A DNA stretch of 64,000 nt from Gemmatimonadaceae bacterium (GCA_040902005.1 JBBDYA010000100.1:25442-89441), one strand, 5' to 3'; shown: positions 31,407 to 41,946, counted from the stretch's first letter. Numbers and translations are program-made. Notes: generated from the letters alone by a model not told the origin.

Positions 31407-32327
31407 ATGCTGTCATACCGATTCGTCGCCGCGTTCGGCGCGGTTGTCACCCTCGCGCTCGCGGAACCCGCGGCCGCGCAGCTGAGAGTCGTCACGAGCA
31501 CCACCGATCTGGCCGACATCGCGGCCGCCGTCGGCGGCGCGCGGGCGAGAGTGCGTCACATCAGCGAGGGATATCAGGATCCGCACTTCGCGGAGGCCAA
31601 GCCCAGCTTCGTTCTCCAGCTGCGCAATGCGGACGTCTTCGCGTTCGTCGGACTCGATCTCGAGATTGGTTGGATGCCGCTGCTGCTCCAGGGCGCCCGC
31701 AATCCGAAGGTGCAGGCGGGCGGCTCCGGCCACCTGGACGTGTCACAGGCGATCGAGGTGCTCGACCGCGCGACGCAGCGAGTGGATCGGAGTCAGGGCG
31801 ATATCCACGCCGCGGGCAATCCCCACTACTGGCTGGACCCCGCCAACGGCCGCCGTATCGCGCAGCTGTTCGGGCGTAGGTTTTCGGCGCTCGATCCGGC
31901 GAACGCCTCGGAGTACGATCGGAATGCAAAGGCATTCGAAGCCAGGCTGAACGCCGCCGAACGCGACTGGCAACGCGATCTCGCGGGCATCCGGGGAAAG
32001 CCCGTCGTCGCGTACCACACCAGCTGGAAGTATCTGGCGGAGTACACGGGGATGAACATCGTCGGGTTCATGGAACCGAAGCCGGGCGTCCCTCCCTCCC
32101 CCTCGCATCTGGCCGGACTCATTCTTCAGATCAAGCGCACCGGGGCCAAAGCGATCATCATGGAGCCGTTCTACAGCAGGAGGGATGCGGATTTCGTGGC
32201 GAGCAAGACGGGGGCGAAGGTCGTCATCCTGCCGCCGTCCGTGAACGCCTTGCGGGATGCCAAGGTGGACGATTACGTCCGTTTGCTGCAGTACAACATC
32301 TCGTTGCTGGCAACCACCCTGAAATGA
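31407..32327 (+). CDS. znuA: Zn/Mn ABC transporter substrate-binding protein
   Basis: DPHF, NPHYWLDP, YHTSW, EPKPGVPPSPSH. Confidence 0.9.
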   Translation: MLSYRFVAAFGAVVTLALAEPAAAQLRVVTSTTDLADIAAAVGGARARVRHISEGYQDPHFAEAKPSFVLQLRNADVFAFVGLDLEIGWMPLLLQGARNPKVQAGGSGHLDVSQAIEVLDRATQRVDRSQGDIHAAGNPHYWLDPANGRRIAQLFGRRFSALDPANASEYDRNAKAFEARLNAAERDWQRDLAGIRGKPVVAYHTSWKYLAEYTGMNIVGFMEPKPGVPPSPSHLAGLILQIKRTGAKAIIMEPFYSRRDADFVASKTGAKVVILPPSVNALRDAKVDDYVRLLQYNISLLATTLK

Positions 32328-33073
32328 GCCGGCTGGTTCTGTTCGATCGCGCGACGCTCGGTTACCGGGGTCGCGCGGTGCTTTCCGACCTGTCCTTCGA
32401 GATACCGCCAGGCGACTTCCTCGGCCTGGTTGGACCGAACGGCGCGGGCAAGACCACCATTCTCCGCGCGATCCTTGGCACCCTGAAGCCGATGTCGGGC
32501 ACGGTCACGGTGGCGCCTGGGCTCCGGTTCGGATACGTCCCGCAGCGCGACTCCGTCGACTACGGTTTCCCGCTCCGAGTACTCGATGTCGTGCTCATGG
32601 GGCGCTATGACCGCATCGGCCTTGCCAGGCGGCCCTCGCGCGACGACCGCGATCGCGCCGTCCGCGCCCTGGGTCATGTGGGCATCGAGCACCTGGCGGA
32701 GCAGCAGCTGAGCGCATTGTCCGGCGGACAGAAGCAACGTACCCTGATCGCGCGAGCGCTGGTGGGCGAACCGTCGGTGCTCGTGTTGGACGAGCCGACC
32801 AACGGGATGGACCTCGTCGCGACGACCCAGATCCTCTCGCTCGTCCGGGATCTGCACGAGCGCGACCACCTCACCGTGCTGATGGTCAGTCATGCGCTGA
32901 ACGAAGTGGCCAACTACGTCGACCGTATCGCCCTCACCATGGAGGGGGCGTTTCGCATCGGCTCCGTGGACGAGATTGTCACGGAGCAGACGCTCTCCAG
33001 CATGTATGGCATTCCGGTAGAGGTGGACCAGCTGCACGGGCACCGTATCGTGGTGGCGCGACCGCGTGGCTGA
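32324..33073 (+). CDS. znuC: Metal ABC transporter ATPase
   Basis: GPNGAGKTT, GYVPQR, LSGGQKQR, LDEP. Confidence 0.9.
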   Translation: MSRLVLFDRATLGYRGRAVLSDLSFEIPPGDFLGLVGPNGAGKTTILRAILGTLKPMSGTVTVAPGLRFGYVPQRDSVDYGFPLRVLDVVLMGRYDRIGLARRPSRDDRDRAVRALGHVGIEHLAEQQLSALSGGQKQRTLIARALVGEPSVLVLDEPTNGMDLVATTQILSLVRDLHERDHLTVLMVSHALNEVANYVDRIALTMEGAFRIGSVDEIVTEQTLSSMYGIPVEVDQLHGHRIVVARPRG

Positions 33074-33902
33074 CACCTTCACGACGATCCTGCTCTTTCG
33101 CGAGGCGCTGTATGGCGCGCTCGTGATCGCGCTCGTGTGTTCCGTGTTGGGCGTGTACGTGGTGCTCCGCCGCATCGTGTTCGTGGGAGCGGCCCTGGCC
33201 CAGCTCTCGTCCGCCGGAATCGCGTTGGGCATGTTCCTCTACGGCCTCGGCATCGGCGGTGAACTGACCCACCACCCGGTCGCCATGGCGCTGATCGTGA
33301 CCATCGCCGGCGCCATGTTCTTTGGCCTGGGCGGCGGCGGGCGCGCGGGCGTGCCTCCGGACGCGGTCATCGGCGTCACGTACGCCGTCGCCGCGGCCGT
33401 CGGCATCCTGCTCATCGCCAAAGCTCGCGTCGGTGAAGTACACGACCTGTTCCTGCAGGGCAACATCCTCGGGATCACGCGGCTCGACACGTACATCCTC
33501 CTGGCCGTTGCCGTGCCCGTGCTGTTGGTGCACGCTGTCTTTTACAAGGAGTTCCTGTTCGTCTCCTTCGATCGGCAGACGGCGCAGACGATGGGATACA
33601 ACGTCCGGTTCTGGAACCTCCTGCTGTACCTCACGCTCGGCGTCGTCATTGCGTACGCCATGCAGTTCGCAGGCGTGATGCTGGTATTCAACTTCCTCGT
33701 GCTGCCGGCCGTCACGGGGCTGCTGCTCGCGAGCAGCATGCGGGGTATTTTTTCCATCGCGATCGCGGCCGGATTGCTCGCGGCCCTGGCGGGATTCTCC
33801 CTGTCCGTTCCATTCGATCTGCCAAGCGGCCCGACCATCGTGGCCGTATCAGGCGTCCTCGCGCTCACGGCGTGGGGCGCTCGCCACCTGCTGAAGATCT
33901 AG
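33066..33902 (+). CDS. znuB: Metal ABC transporter permease (ABC-3)
   Basis: LGVYVVLRRIVF, GNILG, YKEFLFVSFD, DLPSGP. Confidence 0.9.
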   Translation: MADTFTTILLFREALYGALVIALVCSVLGVYVVLRRIVFVGAALAQLSSAGIALGMFLYGLGIGGELTHHPVAMALIVTIAGAMFFGLGGGGRAGVPPDAVIGVTYAVAAAVGILLIAKARVGEVHDLFLQGNILGITRLDTYILLAVAVPVLLVHAVFYKEFLFVSFDRQTAQTMGYNVRFWNLLLYLTLGVVIAYAMQFAGVMLVFNFLVLPAVTGLLLASSMRGIFSIAIAAGLLAALAGFSLSVPFDLPSGPTIVAVSGVLALTAWGARHLLKI

Positions 33903-33921
33903 GGATCCAGGGGCGGGTCGG

Positions 33922-34188
33922 TCACGCGAATCGCTGCACCGCGCGCTCGCGCGCCTTGCGGGCTTCTTCCTCCCGGTTGCGAGGCGCCGCCGTCGTGCTC
34001 AAGGAGTGGATCAGCCGCCTGGCCACGTCCGTCACCTCGTCCACGGCGCGCTTGAAGGCCTCTTCGTTCACGCGCGATGGCTTCGTGGTGCCACTCAATT
34101 TGCGGACGAATTGCAGCGCCGACGCGCGAATTTCGTCGTCGGTGGCTGGCGGCTCGAAATTGGCGAGCGTCCTGATGTTGCGGCACAT
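33922..34188 (-). CDS. DUF2277 family protein
   Basis: MCRNIRTLANFEPPATDDEIRASALQFVRKLSG. Confidence 0.9.
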   Translation of the reverse strand: MCRNIRTLANFEPPATDDEIRASALQFVRKLSGTTKPSRVNEEAFKRAVDEVTDVARRLIHSLSTTAAPRNREEEARKARERAVQRFA

Positions 34189-34315
34189 GGTCTATTGCCC
34201 CCCTTCGCGGTCTGTCTGACACAAATATGCTCGGCGCGGGTGCGCGGCGACATGTCAGCGCCCGAGTCTGGCTCGAATTCCCGCAACCCGCGTCGTGACG
34301 CTAACTTGACCGTCT

Positions 34316-36628
34316 ATGAGCCGGCGGGATGAAGCCCTCGAGTATCATCGGTCCGGACGACCGGGCAAGATCGCGGTTGTCCCCACCAAGCCACTGACCA
34401 ACCAGCGGGAGCTGTCCCTGGCGTACTCGCCCGGGGTGGCCGAACCGTGCCTGGAGATCAAGCGCGACCCGGACGAGGCGTACACGTACACGGCGAAGGG
34501 GAACCTGGTCGCCGTCGTCACCAATGGTACCGCCGTCCTCGGACTCGGCAACATCGGCGCGCTGGCCGGGAAGCCGGTGATGGAAGGCAAGGGCAACCTG
34601 TTCAAGCAGTTTGCCGACCTGGACGTGTTCGACCTCGAGGTGGGGTCGGAAGATCCGCAGGATGTCATCCGGTTCTGCCAGTTGCTCGAACCCACGGTCG
34701 GCGGGATCAACCTCGAGGACATTCGCGCTCCCGACTGCTTCCTGATCGAGGAAACGCTCCGGAAGACGCTGTCCATTCCGGTGTTCCACGACGACCAGCA
34801 TGGCACCGCCATCATTTCAGGCGCGGCGTTGCTCAACGGTCTGGAACTCGTGGAGAAGGACATCGGCGCGGTGCGCGTGGTGTTCTCCGGCGCGGGCGCC
34901 GCGGCCATCGCTACGGCCGAGCATTACGTCCGGCTCGGCGTGCGCCGCGAGAACATCGTCCTGTGCGACCGGCAAGGGGTGGTCCGCGCCGATCGCACCC
35001 CAGGCGAGATGGACCCCTACAAGGCGCGGTTCGCCACGCCGCGCAACCTTCGCAACATCGCCGGCGCCCTGGAGGGGGCCGACGTGCTCGTCGGCTTGTC
35101 GGTGGCGGGGGCGATCACGAAGGAGATGGTCGCGGCCATGGCGCCGCGCCCGATCATCTTCGCGCTGGCGAATCCGGTGCCCGAGATCCTGCCGGACGAG
35201 GTGCGGCTCGTGCGCGACGACGCGATCGTCGCGACCGGCCGCAGCGACTTTCCGAATCAGGTCAACAACGTGCTAGGCTTTCCGTTCATCTTCCGCGGCG
35301 CGCTCGACGTGCGCGCCACGCAGATCAACGAAGAGATGAAGATGGCGGCGACGCGCTCCCTCGCGCTCCTCGCCAAGGAAGACGTGCCCGACTCGGTGGC
35401 GGCGCTGTACGGGCTGCGCGGCGTGCGCTTCGGTCCGGAATACCTCATTCCCTTCCCGTTCGACCCGCGCGTGCTGCTCTGGGTGGCGCCGGCCGTCGCC
35501 TGGGCGGCGGTCGCCAGCGGCGTCGCCCGCGAGTTCTGCGAGATGGAGGAATACCGGCAGCAGCTCGAGACCCGGCTGGGTCGCGCCCGCGGCCTGATGC
35601 GCGGCGTCATCAATCGCGCGACCCGCGACCCGAAGCGGATCGTCTTTCCCGAGGGCGACGAGATCAAGGTGATCCGGGCCGCCGCCCAGCTCGTGGACGA
35701 CGGCATCGCGCATCCCGTGTTGCTGGGCAACCGCCAGCGGATCGAGGGTATCGCCAGCGGCGCGAACGTCGACCTCGAGGGAATCGAGATCGAGAACCCG
35801 GCCACCTCCGCGCGTCGGGAATCGTATGCCCACTTCCTCTGGGAGCGGCGGCAGCGCAAGGGCTGGAGTCTCGATGAAGCCCGTCGGCGCCTCTACAACG
35901 GCAACTACTTCGGCTCGTGCATGGTGGCCAATGGCGACGTGGACGCGCTGGTCTCCGGCGTGAACCTGCACTATCCCCAGACGATCCGGCCCGCGCTGGA
36001 GGTCATCGGCGCGCACGCGAAGGCCGGCATCGTGAGCGGCTTCTACCTGCTCGTGTTCGAGCAGCACGTCGTGCTGCTCGGCGACACGACGGTCAACATC
36101 GATCCCACCGCCGAGAACCTGGCGCAGATTGCGTACGCGGCCGCGCGCATCACGCGCACGCTCGGCATCGAGCCGCGCATCGCCATGCTCTCGTTCTCGA
36201 ACTTCGGTTCGGTGAGGCACCCCGAAGCCGAGAAGGTCGAGCGCGCCGTGGCCCTGCTGCGTGAACGCGATCCGTCGCTGGTGGTGGACGGCGAGATGCA
36301 GGCGGATACCGCCGTGGCGCCACACATCCTGCAACGCGATTACCCGTTCAGCACTCTGAAAGAGCGCGCGAATGTGCTAATCTTCCCCAACTTGAGCGCG
36401 GGGAACATCGCGTACAAGTTGTTGAATCATCTGGGCGGCGCCACCGCGATCGGGCCCATCCTCGTCGGCATGCGGCGGCCCGTGCACGTCCTGGAACGCG
36501 GCGCCGACGTGCAGGACATCGTCAACATGGCGGCCGTAGCGGTGGTGGACGCGCAGGAACGCGAACGGGGCAGGTCGGAACGGGCAGCACCAACCCAGGA
36601 CACTCCACAGGTCTTTTCGAGGCTATAG
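34316..36628 (+). CDS. maeB: NADP-dependent malic enzyme with PTA-like domain
   Basis: [38 protein letters not shown] domain DGEMQAD. Confidence 0.97.
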   Translation: MSRRDEALEYHRSGRPGKIAVVPTKPLTNQRELSLAYSPGVAEPCLEIKRDPDEAYTYTAKGNLVAVVTNGTAVLGLGNIGALAGKPVMEGKGNLFKQFADLDVFDLEVGSEDPQDVIRFCQLLEPTVGGINLEDIRAPDCFLIEETLRKTLSIPVFHDDQHGTAIISGAALLNGLELVEKDIGAVRVVFSGAGAAAIATAEHYVRLGVRRENIVLCDRQGVVRADRTPGEMDPYKARFATPRNLRNIAGALEGADVLVGLSVAGAITKEMVAAMAPRPIIFALANPVPEILPDEVRLVRDDAIVATGRSDFPNQVNNVLGFPFIFRGALDVRATQINEEMKMAATRSLALLAKEDVPDSVAALYGLRGVRFGPEYLIPFPFDPRVLLWVAPAVAWAAVASGVAREFCEMEEYRQQLETRLGRARGLMRGVINRATRDPKRIVFPEGDEIKVIRAAAQLVDDGIAHPVLLGNRQRIEGIASGANVDLEGIEIENPATSARRESYAHFLWERRQRKGWSLDEARRRLYNGNYFGSCMVANGDVDALVSGVNLHYPQTIRPALEVIGAHAKAGIVSGFYLLVFEQHVVLLGDTTVNIDPTAENLAQIAYAAARITRTLGIEPRIAMLSFSNFGSVRHPEAEKVERAVALLRERDPSLVVDGEMQADTAVAPHILQRDYPFSTLKERANVLIFPNLSAGNIAYKLLNHLGGATAIGPILVGMRRPVHVLERGADVQDIVNMAAVAVVDAQERERGRSERAAPTQDTPQVFSRL

Positions 36629-36633
36629 CACGC

Positions 36634-38250
36634 ATGGTGACGCAGACGCGACCGGCGCCGGTAGCCGCGCCGGCAGCACAGACGCTCGACGCGCAGGGCC
36701 TCGCGCCGTCCGGCCGCACCCATTGGAATCAGGTCCAGACGGTGCTGCTCGAAACCGCGGTCCGCCGGGGCGAGGGCGAGCTGGCGCACATGGGCCCCTT
36801 CGTGGCCGTCACCGCGCCCCACACCGGTCGCTCACCCAACGACAAGTTCGTGGTCCGCGACCCCTCCACAGAGCAGGAGGTCGATTGGGGCAAGGTCAAC
36901 CAGCCGTTCGCCCCCGACAGGTTCGACCGCCTGCTCGACGACGTTCGCGCCTACCTCAACGGCCGTGACGACCTGTTCGTTCAGGACCTGTACTGCGGCG
37001 CCGATCCGGCGTACCGCCTCTCCGTGCGGTATGTCTCGCCCAGCGCGTGGCACATGGCGTTCGTGCGGAACATGTTCATCCGCCCCGACCTCGCCGATCT
37101 TGCCGGCTTCGAAGCCAACTTCACCGTGCTGCACGCGCCCCAGTTCGAGGCCGACCCGGCGAAGCACGGCACGCGCACCGGTACGTTCATCGTCCTCAAC
37201 CTTGCGAAGCGCATGATCCTCATCGGCGGCACGCGGTACGCCGGTGAGTTGAAGAAGGCCATGTTCACGGTCATGAACTACTACCTGCCGCGGCAGGGCG
37301 TGCTGTCCATGCACTGCTCAGCGAACATCGGAAAGGACGGCGACACGGCGCTCTTCTTCGGGCTTTCCGGCACGGGCAAGACCACGCTCTCCGCCGATCC
37401 GCAGCGCCGCCTCATCGGTGACGATGAACATGGCTGGTCCCCGGCAGGGACGTTCAACTTCGAAGGGGGCTGCTACGCCAAGGTCATCAACCTGTCGCCG
37501 CAGAACGAGCCGGACATCTTCCGCACCACCGAGATGTTCGGCACCGTGCTGGAAAACGTGGTGCTGGATCCCGTGACGCGCCGCGTGAAGTTCGAGGATC
37601 AGTCCATCACCGAGAACACGCGCGCGTCATACCCCCTGCCCTACATCCCGAATCACGTTCCGGACGGGCGGGGCGGACATCCGCGGAACATTGTCTTCCT
37701 CACGGCGGACGCCTTCGGTGTGCTCCCGCCGGTCGCGAAGCTCACGCGCGAGCAGGCGATGTACTACTTCCTGTCCGGCTATACCGCGAAGGTGGCCGGC
37801 ACCGAGCGCGGCGTCACGGAGCCGCAGGCAACTTTCTCCTCGTGCTTCGGCGCCGTCTTTCTCGTCTGGCACCCCACCAAGTACGCCAACATGCTCGGGC
37901 AACTGATTGACGAGCACGGGTCCCAGGTCTGGCTCCTCAATACCGGATGGACGGGGGGTGCGTACGGCGTGGGGCACCGCCACAAGCTCGCCCACACGCG
38001 GGCGATGGTCGATGCCATTCTCAGCGGCCACCTCGGCAAGGCAGCGTGCGACGTGGATCCGGTCTTCGGGCTCGCGATTCCCCGCGAGATCAAGGGCGTA
38101 CCGGCCCAGGTGCTCAACACCCGCAATACGTGGGGCGACACGGCGGCGTTCGATGCGCAGGCCGGCAAGCTCGCCGAGATGTTCCGCCGGAACTTCGAGA
38201 AGTTCGGCGGCGTCGCGTCCGACGCGGTGAAATCGGCGGGGCCGCGCTGA
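36634..38250 (+). CDS. pckA: PEP carboxykinase (ATP)
   Basis: TGRSPNDK, FFGLSGTGKTTLS, LIGDDEHGW, NFEGGCYAK, TENTR. Confidence 0.98.
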   Translation: MVTQTRPAPVAAPAAQTLDAQGLAPSGRTHWNQVQTVLLETAVRRGEGELAHMGPFVAVTAPHTGRSPNDKFVVRDPSTEQEVDWGKVNQPFAPDRFDRLLDDVRAYLNGRDDLFVQDLYCGADPAYRLSVRYVSPSAWHMAFVRNMFIRPDLADLAGFEANFTVLHAPQFEADPAKHGTRTGTFIVLNLAKRMILIGGTRYAGELKKAMFTVMNYYLPRQGVLSMHCSANIGKDGDTALFFGLSGTGKTTLSADPQRRLIGDDEHGWSPAGTFNFEGGCYAKVINLSPQNEPDIFRTTEMFGTVLENVVLDPVTRRVKFEDQSITENTRASYPLPYIPNHVPDGRGGHPRNIVFLTADAFGVLPPVAKLTREQAMYYFLSGYTAKVAGTERGVTEPQATFSSCFGAVFLVWHPTKYANMLGQLIDEHGSQVWLLNTGWTGGAYGVGHRHKLAHTRAMVDAILSGHLGKAACDVDPVFGLAIPREIKGVPAQVLNTRNTWGDTAAFDAQAGKLAEMFRRNFEKFGGVASDAVKSAGPR

Positions 38251-39476
38251 AAGTCGTTCGCGATCCGCTCTGGAACAACATCCGGGTCGAGCCCCTCGCG
38301 CTTCGGCTGATCGACACCGCGGCCTTTCAGCGGCTGCGCTACGTCCGACAACTCGGCCTGGCATTTCTGGTCTACCCCGGCGCGAATCACACCCGGTTCG
38401 AGCATGCGCTCGGCACCTACCACCTGGCGCGGCGTGCCCTGGACCTGCTTGGCGAACGCGGCGAGTTGCGGGCGCTGGATGACGCGGCGAGCGTGCACGT
38501 GCGCATCGCCGCGCTGCTGCACGACATCGGGCACTACCCGTTCTCGCATGCCCTCGAGGAGATCGGAGCGTTGCACCACGAGGAGGTCGCGCGTCCCCTG
38601 ATCTGCGACGGCGAAATCGGCGACCTCCTGCGCGGGGCGCTGGGAGCGGACGCGCCCGACCGCATCGTCGCGCTCATTCGGGGACACAGCGACAGTCCGC
38701 TCCAGGGACTGATTTCCGGCTCCCTGGACCTCGACAAGATCGAATACCTCCGGCGCGACGCCCTGATGTGCGGGGTCCCCTATGGGGAGATCGACGCCGA
38801 CCGGCTGCTCAACGCGCTCACGCTGCTCCCCACGCCACCGGAAAGCGCGGCGCCGGGCCCCGTCACGATCGGTATTCACGAGAAGGGATTGTCCGCGGTG
38901 GAATCGCTGTTGTTCGCCAAGTATCAGATGTATCGCAACGTGTACTGGCACCACGCCGTGCGCAGCGCCACCGGCATGTACAAGCGGCTGGTCTCCGACG
39001 CGCTCGACGCGGGCGCGCTGAGCGCCACGGCGCTTGCGGGTTTCACCGACGAGGGGCTGCTGCTGGGGCTGCAGGCCAGGGGGGGGCATCCGCTGCTGAC
39101 GGCACTGCGCCATCGCCGGCTCTACAAGCGCGCCGCGGAATGGCCCGCCGCCGAGCTGCCCGCGGACCGGGGCGAGTGGATCGCGGACGACTGGCGCCGG
39201 ACGATGCGCGTCGAGAACGACCTCGCGTCTCGCCTGGGACTCGCCCACGGCGAGCTGCTGCTGGATTTTCCGGCCAAGACCGAGATGCTCGGACTCGACC
39301 TGCCCGTCCTGCGTCGCGCCGGCCAGGTGGAGCATCTGACCCGCACCTCGGCGGGGACGATCAACCTCCCCAAGCTCTCGGACGAGCTCTATCGCTCAGC
39401 GCGCTGGTTGCGCGTGTTCACGGCACGGCCCGTTGACCTGCCGAAACCGTTCGTGATGGACCTGCTGTCGCCCTGA
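38247..39476 (+). CDS. HD-domain dNTP triphosphohydrolase-like protein (SAMHD1/YdhJ family)
   Basis: RDPLW, QRLRYVRQLG, HTRFEHALG, LLHDIGH, DLDKIEY, VYWHH; CTG start inferred. Confidence 0.9.
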   Translation: MKVVRDPLWNNIRVEPLALRLIDTAAFQRLRYVRQLGLAFLVYPGANHTRFEHALGTYHLARRALDLLGERGELRALDDAASVHVRIAALLHDIGHYPFSHALEEIGALHHEEVARPLICDGEIGDLLRGALGADAPDRIVALIRGHSDSPLQGLISGSLDLDKIEYLRRDALMCGVPYGEIDADRLLNALTLLPTPPESAAPGPVTIGIHEKGLSAVESLLFAKYQMYRNVYWHHAVRSATGMYKRLVSDALDAGALSATALAGFTDEGLLLGLQARGGHPLLTALRHRRLYKRAAEWPAAELPADRGEWIADDWRRTMRVENDLASRLGLAHGELLLDFPAKTEMLGLDLPVLRRAGQVEHLTRTSAGTINLPKLSDELYRSARWLRVFTARPVDLPKPFVMDLLSP

Positions 39477-39480
39477 GGGA

Positions 39481-39657
39481 TCACGCCGTCGACTTGCCGT
39501 GTGCCTCGGCGAGTTTGCGGGCAATGCCGCGATAGAACGCCGCGTCGTCCTTTCTGCCCTGCTGGTCCAGCGACAGCGCCGTGGTCTCGAGCGCGAAGAG
39601 AATGTTCCCGAGATACAGCAGCGCCAGGTTCCCCACGGACTCGGGCGGCGCGCTCAC
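39481..39657 (-). CDS. Small hypothetical protein (58 aa)
   Basis: GTG start overlaps the PP2C stop (GTGA); LALLYLGNILFALE...FYRGIARKLAEAHG. Confidence 0.65.
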   Translation of the reverse strand: MSAPPESVGNLALLYLGNILFALETTALSLDQQGRKDDAAFYRGIARKLAEAHGKSTA

Positions 39658-40481
39658 TCCGCGCTGACCGCAATGACTTCGGTCGTGGCGCTCGGCTCCA
39701 CGGCTGCCATCTCGCCCGTGACGCGATCGCGGCTGGTTCCCGCGTCGTCCACGTGCACCACGATGCAGGTGATGTTGTCCAATCCTCCGCGCCCGTTCGC
39801 CTCGGAGATCAGCGCGCCCACCTTGCGCGCCGGCTCCGCCCGCGACATCAGGAGCTGCGCCAGCCGCCGATCGTCCACCATCCCGGTGAGGCCGTCGCTC
39901 GCCACCAGGAAGATGTCCCCCGAGCGCGACTCCCCCGTGTACAGGTCCGGCTCGACTTCGGGGCTCGCCCCTACGCATCGCGTGATCACGTTGCTGTAGG
40001 GGTGATACCGCGCCTGCTCCGCCGTCAGGTTGCCCAGGTCCACCTGCTCCTGCACGTAGGAGTGGTCCTTCGTGAGCTGCTTCAGGGCGCCGTCCCGAAG
40101 CAGATAGACGCGCGAGTCGCCCACCTGCCCGATGAGGTAGCGCGCGTCGGAGAGCACCAGCACGGACGCCGTGGTCCCCATGCCCTGTTTGTCGACCTCG
40201 GTGATCGTCCGATCATGGATGGCCCGGTTCGCGAGCCGGAGCGATTCGCCGAGTGTGCTGGTGGCCCCATCATCGCTCACGCGCGCGATGTCCTTGATCT
40301 CGCGCAGAACGATCTGCACCGCCATCTCGCTTGCCACTTCGCCGGCGGCGTGGCCGCCCATGCCGTCGGCCACGATGAATATGCCGCGCGTACCGTTCAC
40401 CGGGACATCGACGGCGAAGTTGTCCTCGTTTCCGGACCGAATCATCCCGACATCGGTCTTGGCAGCGTACGACAGTTTCAC
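39654..40481 (-). CDS. PP2C-type Ser/Thr phosphatase (Stp1/PrpC family)
   Basis: TDVGMIRSGNED, VADGMGGHAAGEVAS, GMGTT, VGDSR, SDGL, GGLDN. Confidence 0.96.
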   Translation of the reverse strand: MKLSYAAKTDVGMIRSGNEDNFAVDVPVNGTRGIFIVADGMGGHAAGEVASEMAVQIVLREIKDIARVSDDGATSTLGESLRLANRAIHDRTITEVDKQGMGTTASVLVLSDARYLIGQVGDSRVYLLRDGALKQLTKDHSYVQEQVDLGNLTAEQARYHPYSNVITRCVGASPEVEPDLYTGESRSGDIFLVASDGLTGMVDDRRLAQLLMSRAEPARKVGALISEANGRGGLDNITCIVVHVDDAGTSRDRVTGEMAAVEPSATTEVIAVSAE

Positions 40482-41569
40482 CCGCGCCCCTGCATGCCGA
40501 GGAAATACGCCACGGCGCCCACGACGAGGATCACGACGATCCAGACCCACGCGGGTACTCCGCCACGCGATTCGGCCTTGGCGGGGGGTGCCTCCTTTTT
40601 CGGTCTGGCCGCCGATGGTTTCGACATCACCGGCGCCGTTGGCGGTTCGGGACGCGGCGGCGCCGAAGGCGCCGTCGGTGCCTCGGCCCGAGGACGCGGG
40701 GCCGGCGGCGCCGCGACCGGCACCGGCGCGGGCACGGCCGGCGCGGCCGGCGGCGTCACTGACCGTGGTGCGGCGGCCGGCGCGGCCGGCGCGGCCGGCG
40801 CGGGCGGAGCAGCCGGTGGTGGGGCGGCGGCCGGCGGTGGGACGGAAGGCGGCGCGGGCGTGGCGGCGACCGCCGGAGCCGCCGGTGATGCCGCCGCGGG
40901 CGTCGGTTTGGCAGCCGCGGCCACGTCGGCGTAGAACCGGAACTCCTCGCTGCCCACGCGAACCACATCCGCGCGCGCCAGCACCGCGGCGCCCTGCACG
41001 CGGGTTCCGTTCACCCAGATGCCATTCGTGCTGTGGTCGGTCAGAGTATACCCGCCTTCGCTGGGCGCGATCGACGCATGACGACGCGACACCTCCGCCT
41101 GCGCGACGACCACGTCCGAACCGGCTTCCCTGCCGAACGTGACCCCGTCGCTGGGGATCTGATACTCCTTCCCGTCCACCAGCGATACGAGCCGTCCGCC
41201 GGTTGCCGCGGTGGCGCGAGCGGGGCCGGCGCGCTTCGCCGCGATGGCCGCGACATCCAGGGCGGAAACGAACTGGGTGGCCCCGACCTTCTTGTCCTCC
41301 GAGAAGAGGATCTCCCGTCCCGCAACTTCCACCTTGTCGCCATGCATCAGCGGCGTCGGATCCGCCAGCACCACGCCGTTCACCCGCACCGAGGCGCTTT
41401 CACTCGCCCGGCGGATCACGACGTGGTTGTCCGCACCCAGCTCGAGTATCGCCTGGAGGCCCAGCGCGGCGTCGTCGGACACGCTGACGTCCACGCCGTC
41501 GCCGGCGCCGACCCGCGTCTGGCCCGGCCTCAACGTGTGCTGTTTGTCGTTGACCTGAATGACGGGCAT
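40478..41569 (-). CDS. Tandem FHA-domain protein with Pro/Ala linker and C-terminal membrane anchor
   Basis: FGRE...VSRRHA...STNG in the second domain; first domain has VNG...LMHGD; C-terminal TM segment. Confidence 0.9.
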   Translation of the reverse strand: MPVIQVNDKQHTLRPGQTRVGAGDGVDVSVSDDAALGLQAILELGADNHVVIRRASESASVRVNGVVLADPTPLMHGDKVEVAGREILFSEDKKVGATQFVSALDVAAIAAKRAGPARATAATGGRLVSLVDGKEYQIPSDGVTFGREAGSDVVVAQAEVSRRHASIAPSEGGYTLTDHSTNGIWVNGTRVQGAAVLARADVVRVGSEEFRFYADVAAAAKPTPAAASPAAPAVAATPAPPSVPPPAAAPPPAAPPAPAAPAAPAAAPRSVTPPAAPAVPAPVPVAAPPAPRPRAEAPTAPSAPPRPEPPTAPVMSKPSAARPKKEAPPAKAESRGGVPAWVWIVVILVVGAVAYFLGMQGRG

Positions 41570-41887
41570 AGCCGTTTGCTCGACGCGGGTCGGGGAGTGG
41601 CAAACCGGCGCGAGCAACGCCCGCGCGGCGGAGAATCGAACTCCGGGCAGAAACTTACCGTCCATCGCTCTAAGGTCAATCAGCCCTTCATCTTGAATTC
41701 CGCCAGTCCGAAGAGCTTCACCGGCAGTCGCTGCAGGTGCGAGAAGATGTCAGTGCGCAGCCGCCAGCGCTCTTCGTGGACGACGTCCGGCGATGTCCTC
41801 AGGTCCCCGTGACCCGCGCGCGGTGCGGACGCGCCCGCCTGGCCAATCCAGAGTCGGCGCCGTGAATCCCCGCTGACCACCCCAGTC

Positions 41888-41902
41888 TGGTACACCCGTT
41901 GC
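41888..41902 (+). promoter_or_regulatory. sigma54-type promoter
   Basis: TGGTAC-ACCCG-TTGC (GG-N10-GC), 45 nt before the ATG, followed by a GGAGG RBS. Confidence 0.65.
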
Positions 41903-41946
41903 GATTGGCACCACCGATCGCTGAACCTGAATGGAGGTTTCTCAAC

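Noticed and set aside
40660..40925. GCCGGCGCG-type repeats
   Set aside because: They encode the Pro/Ala linker of the FHA protein and are not a DNA repeat element
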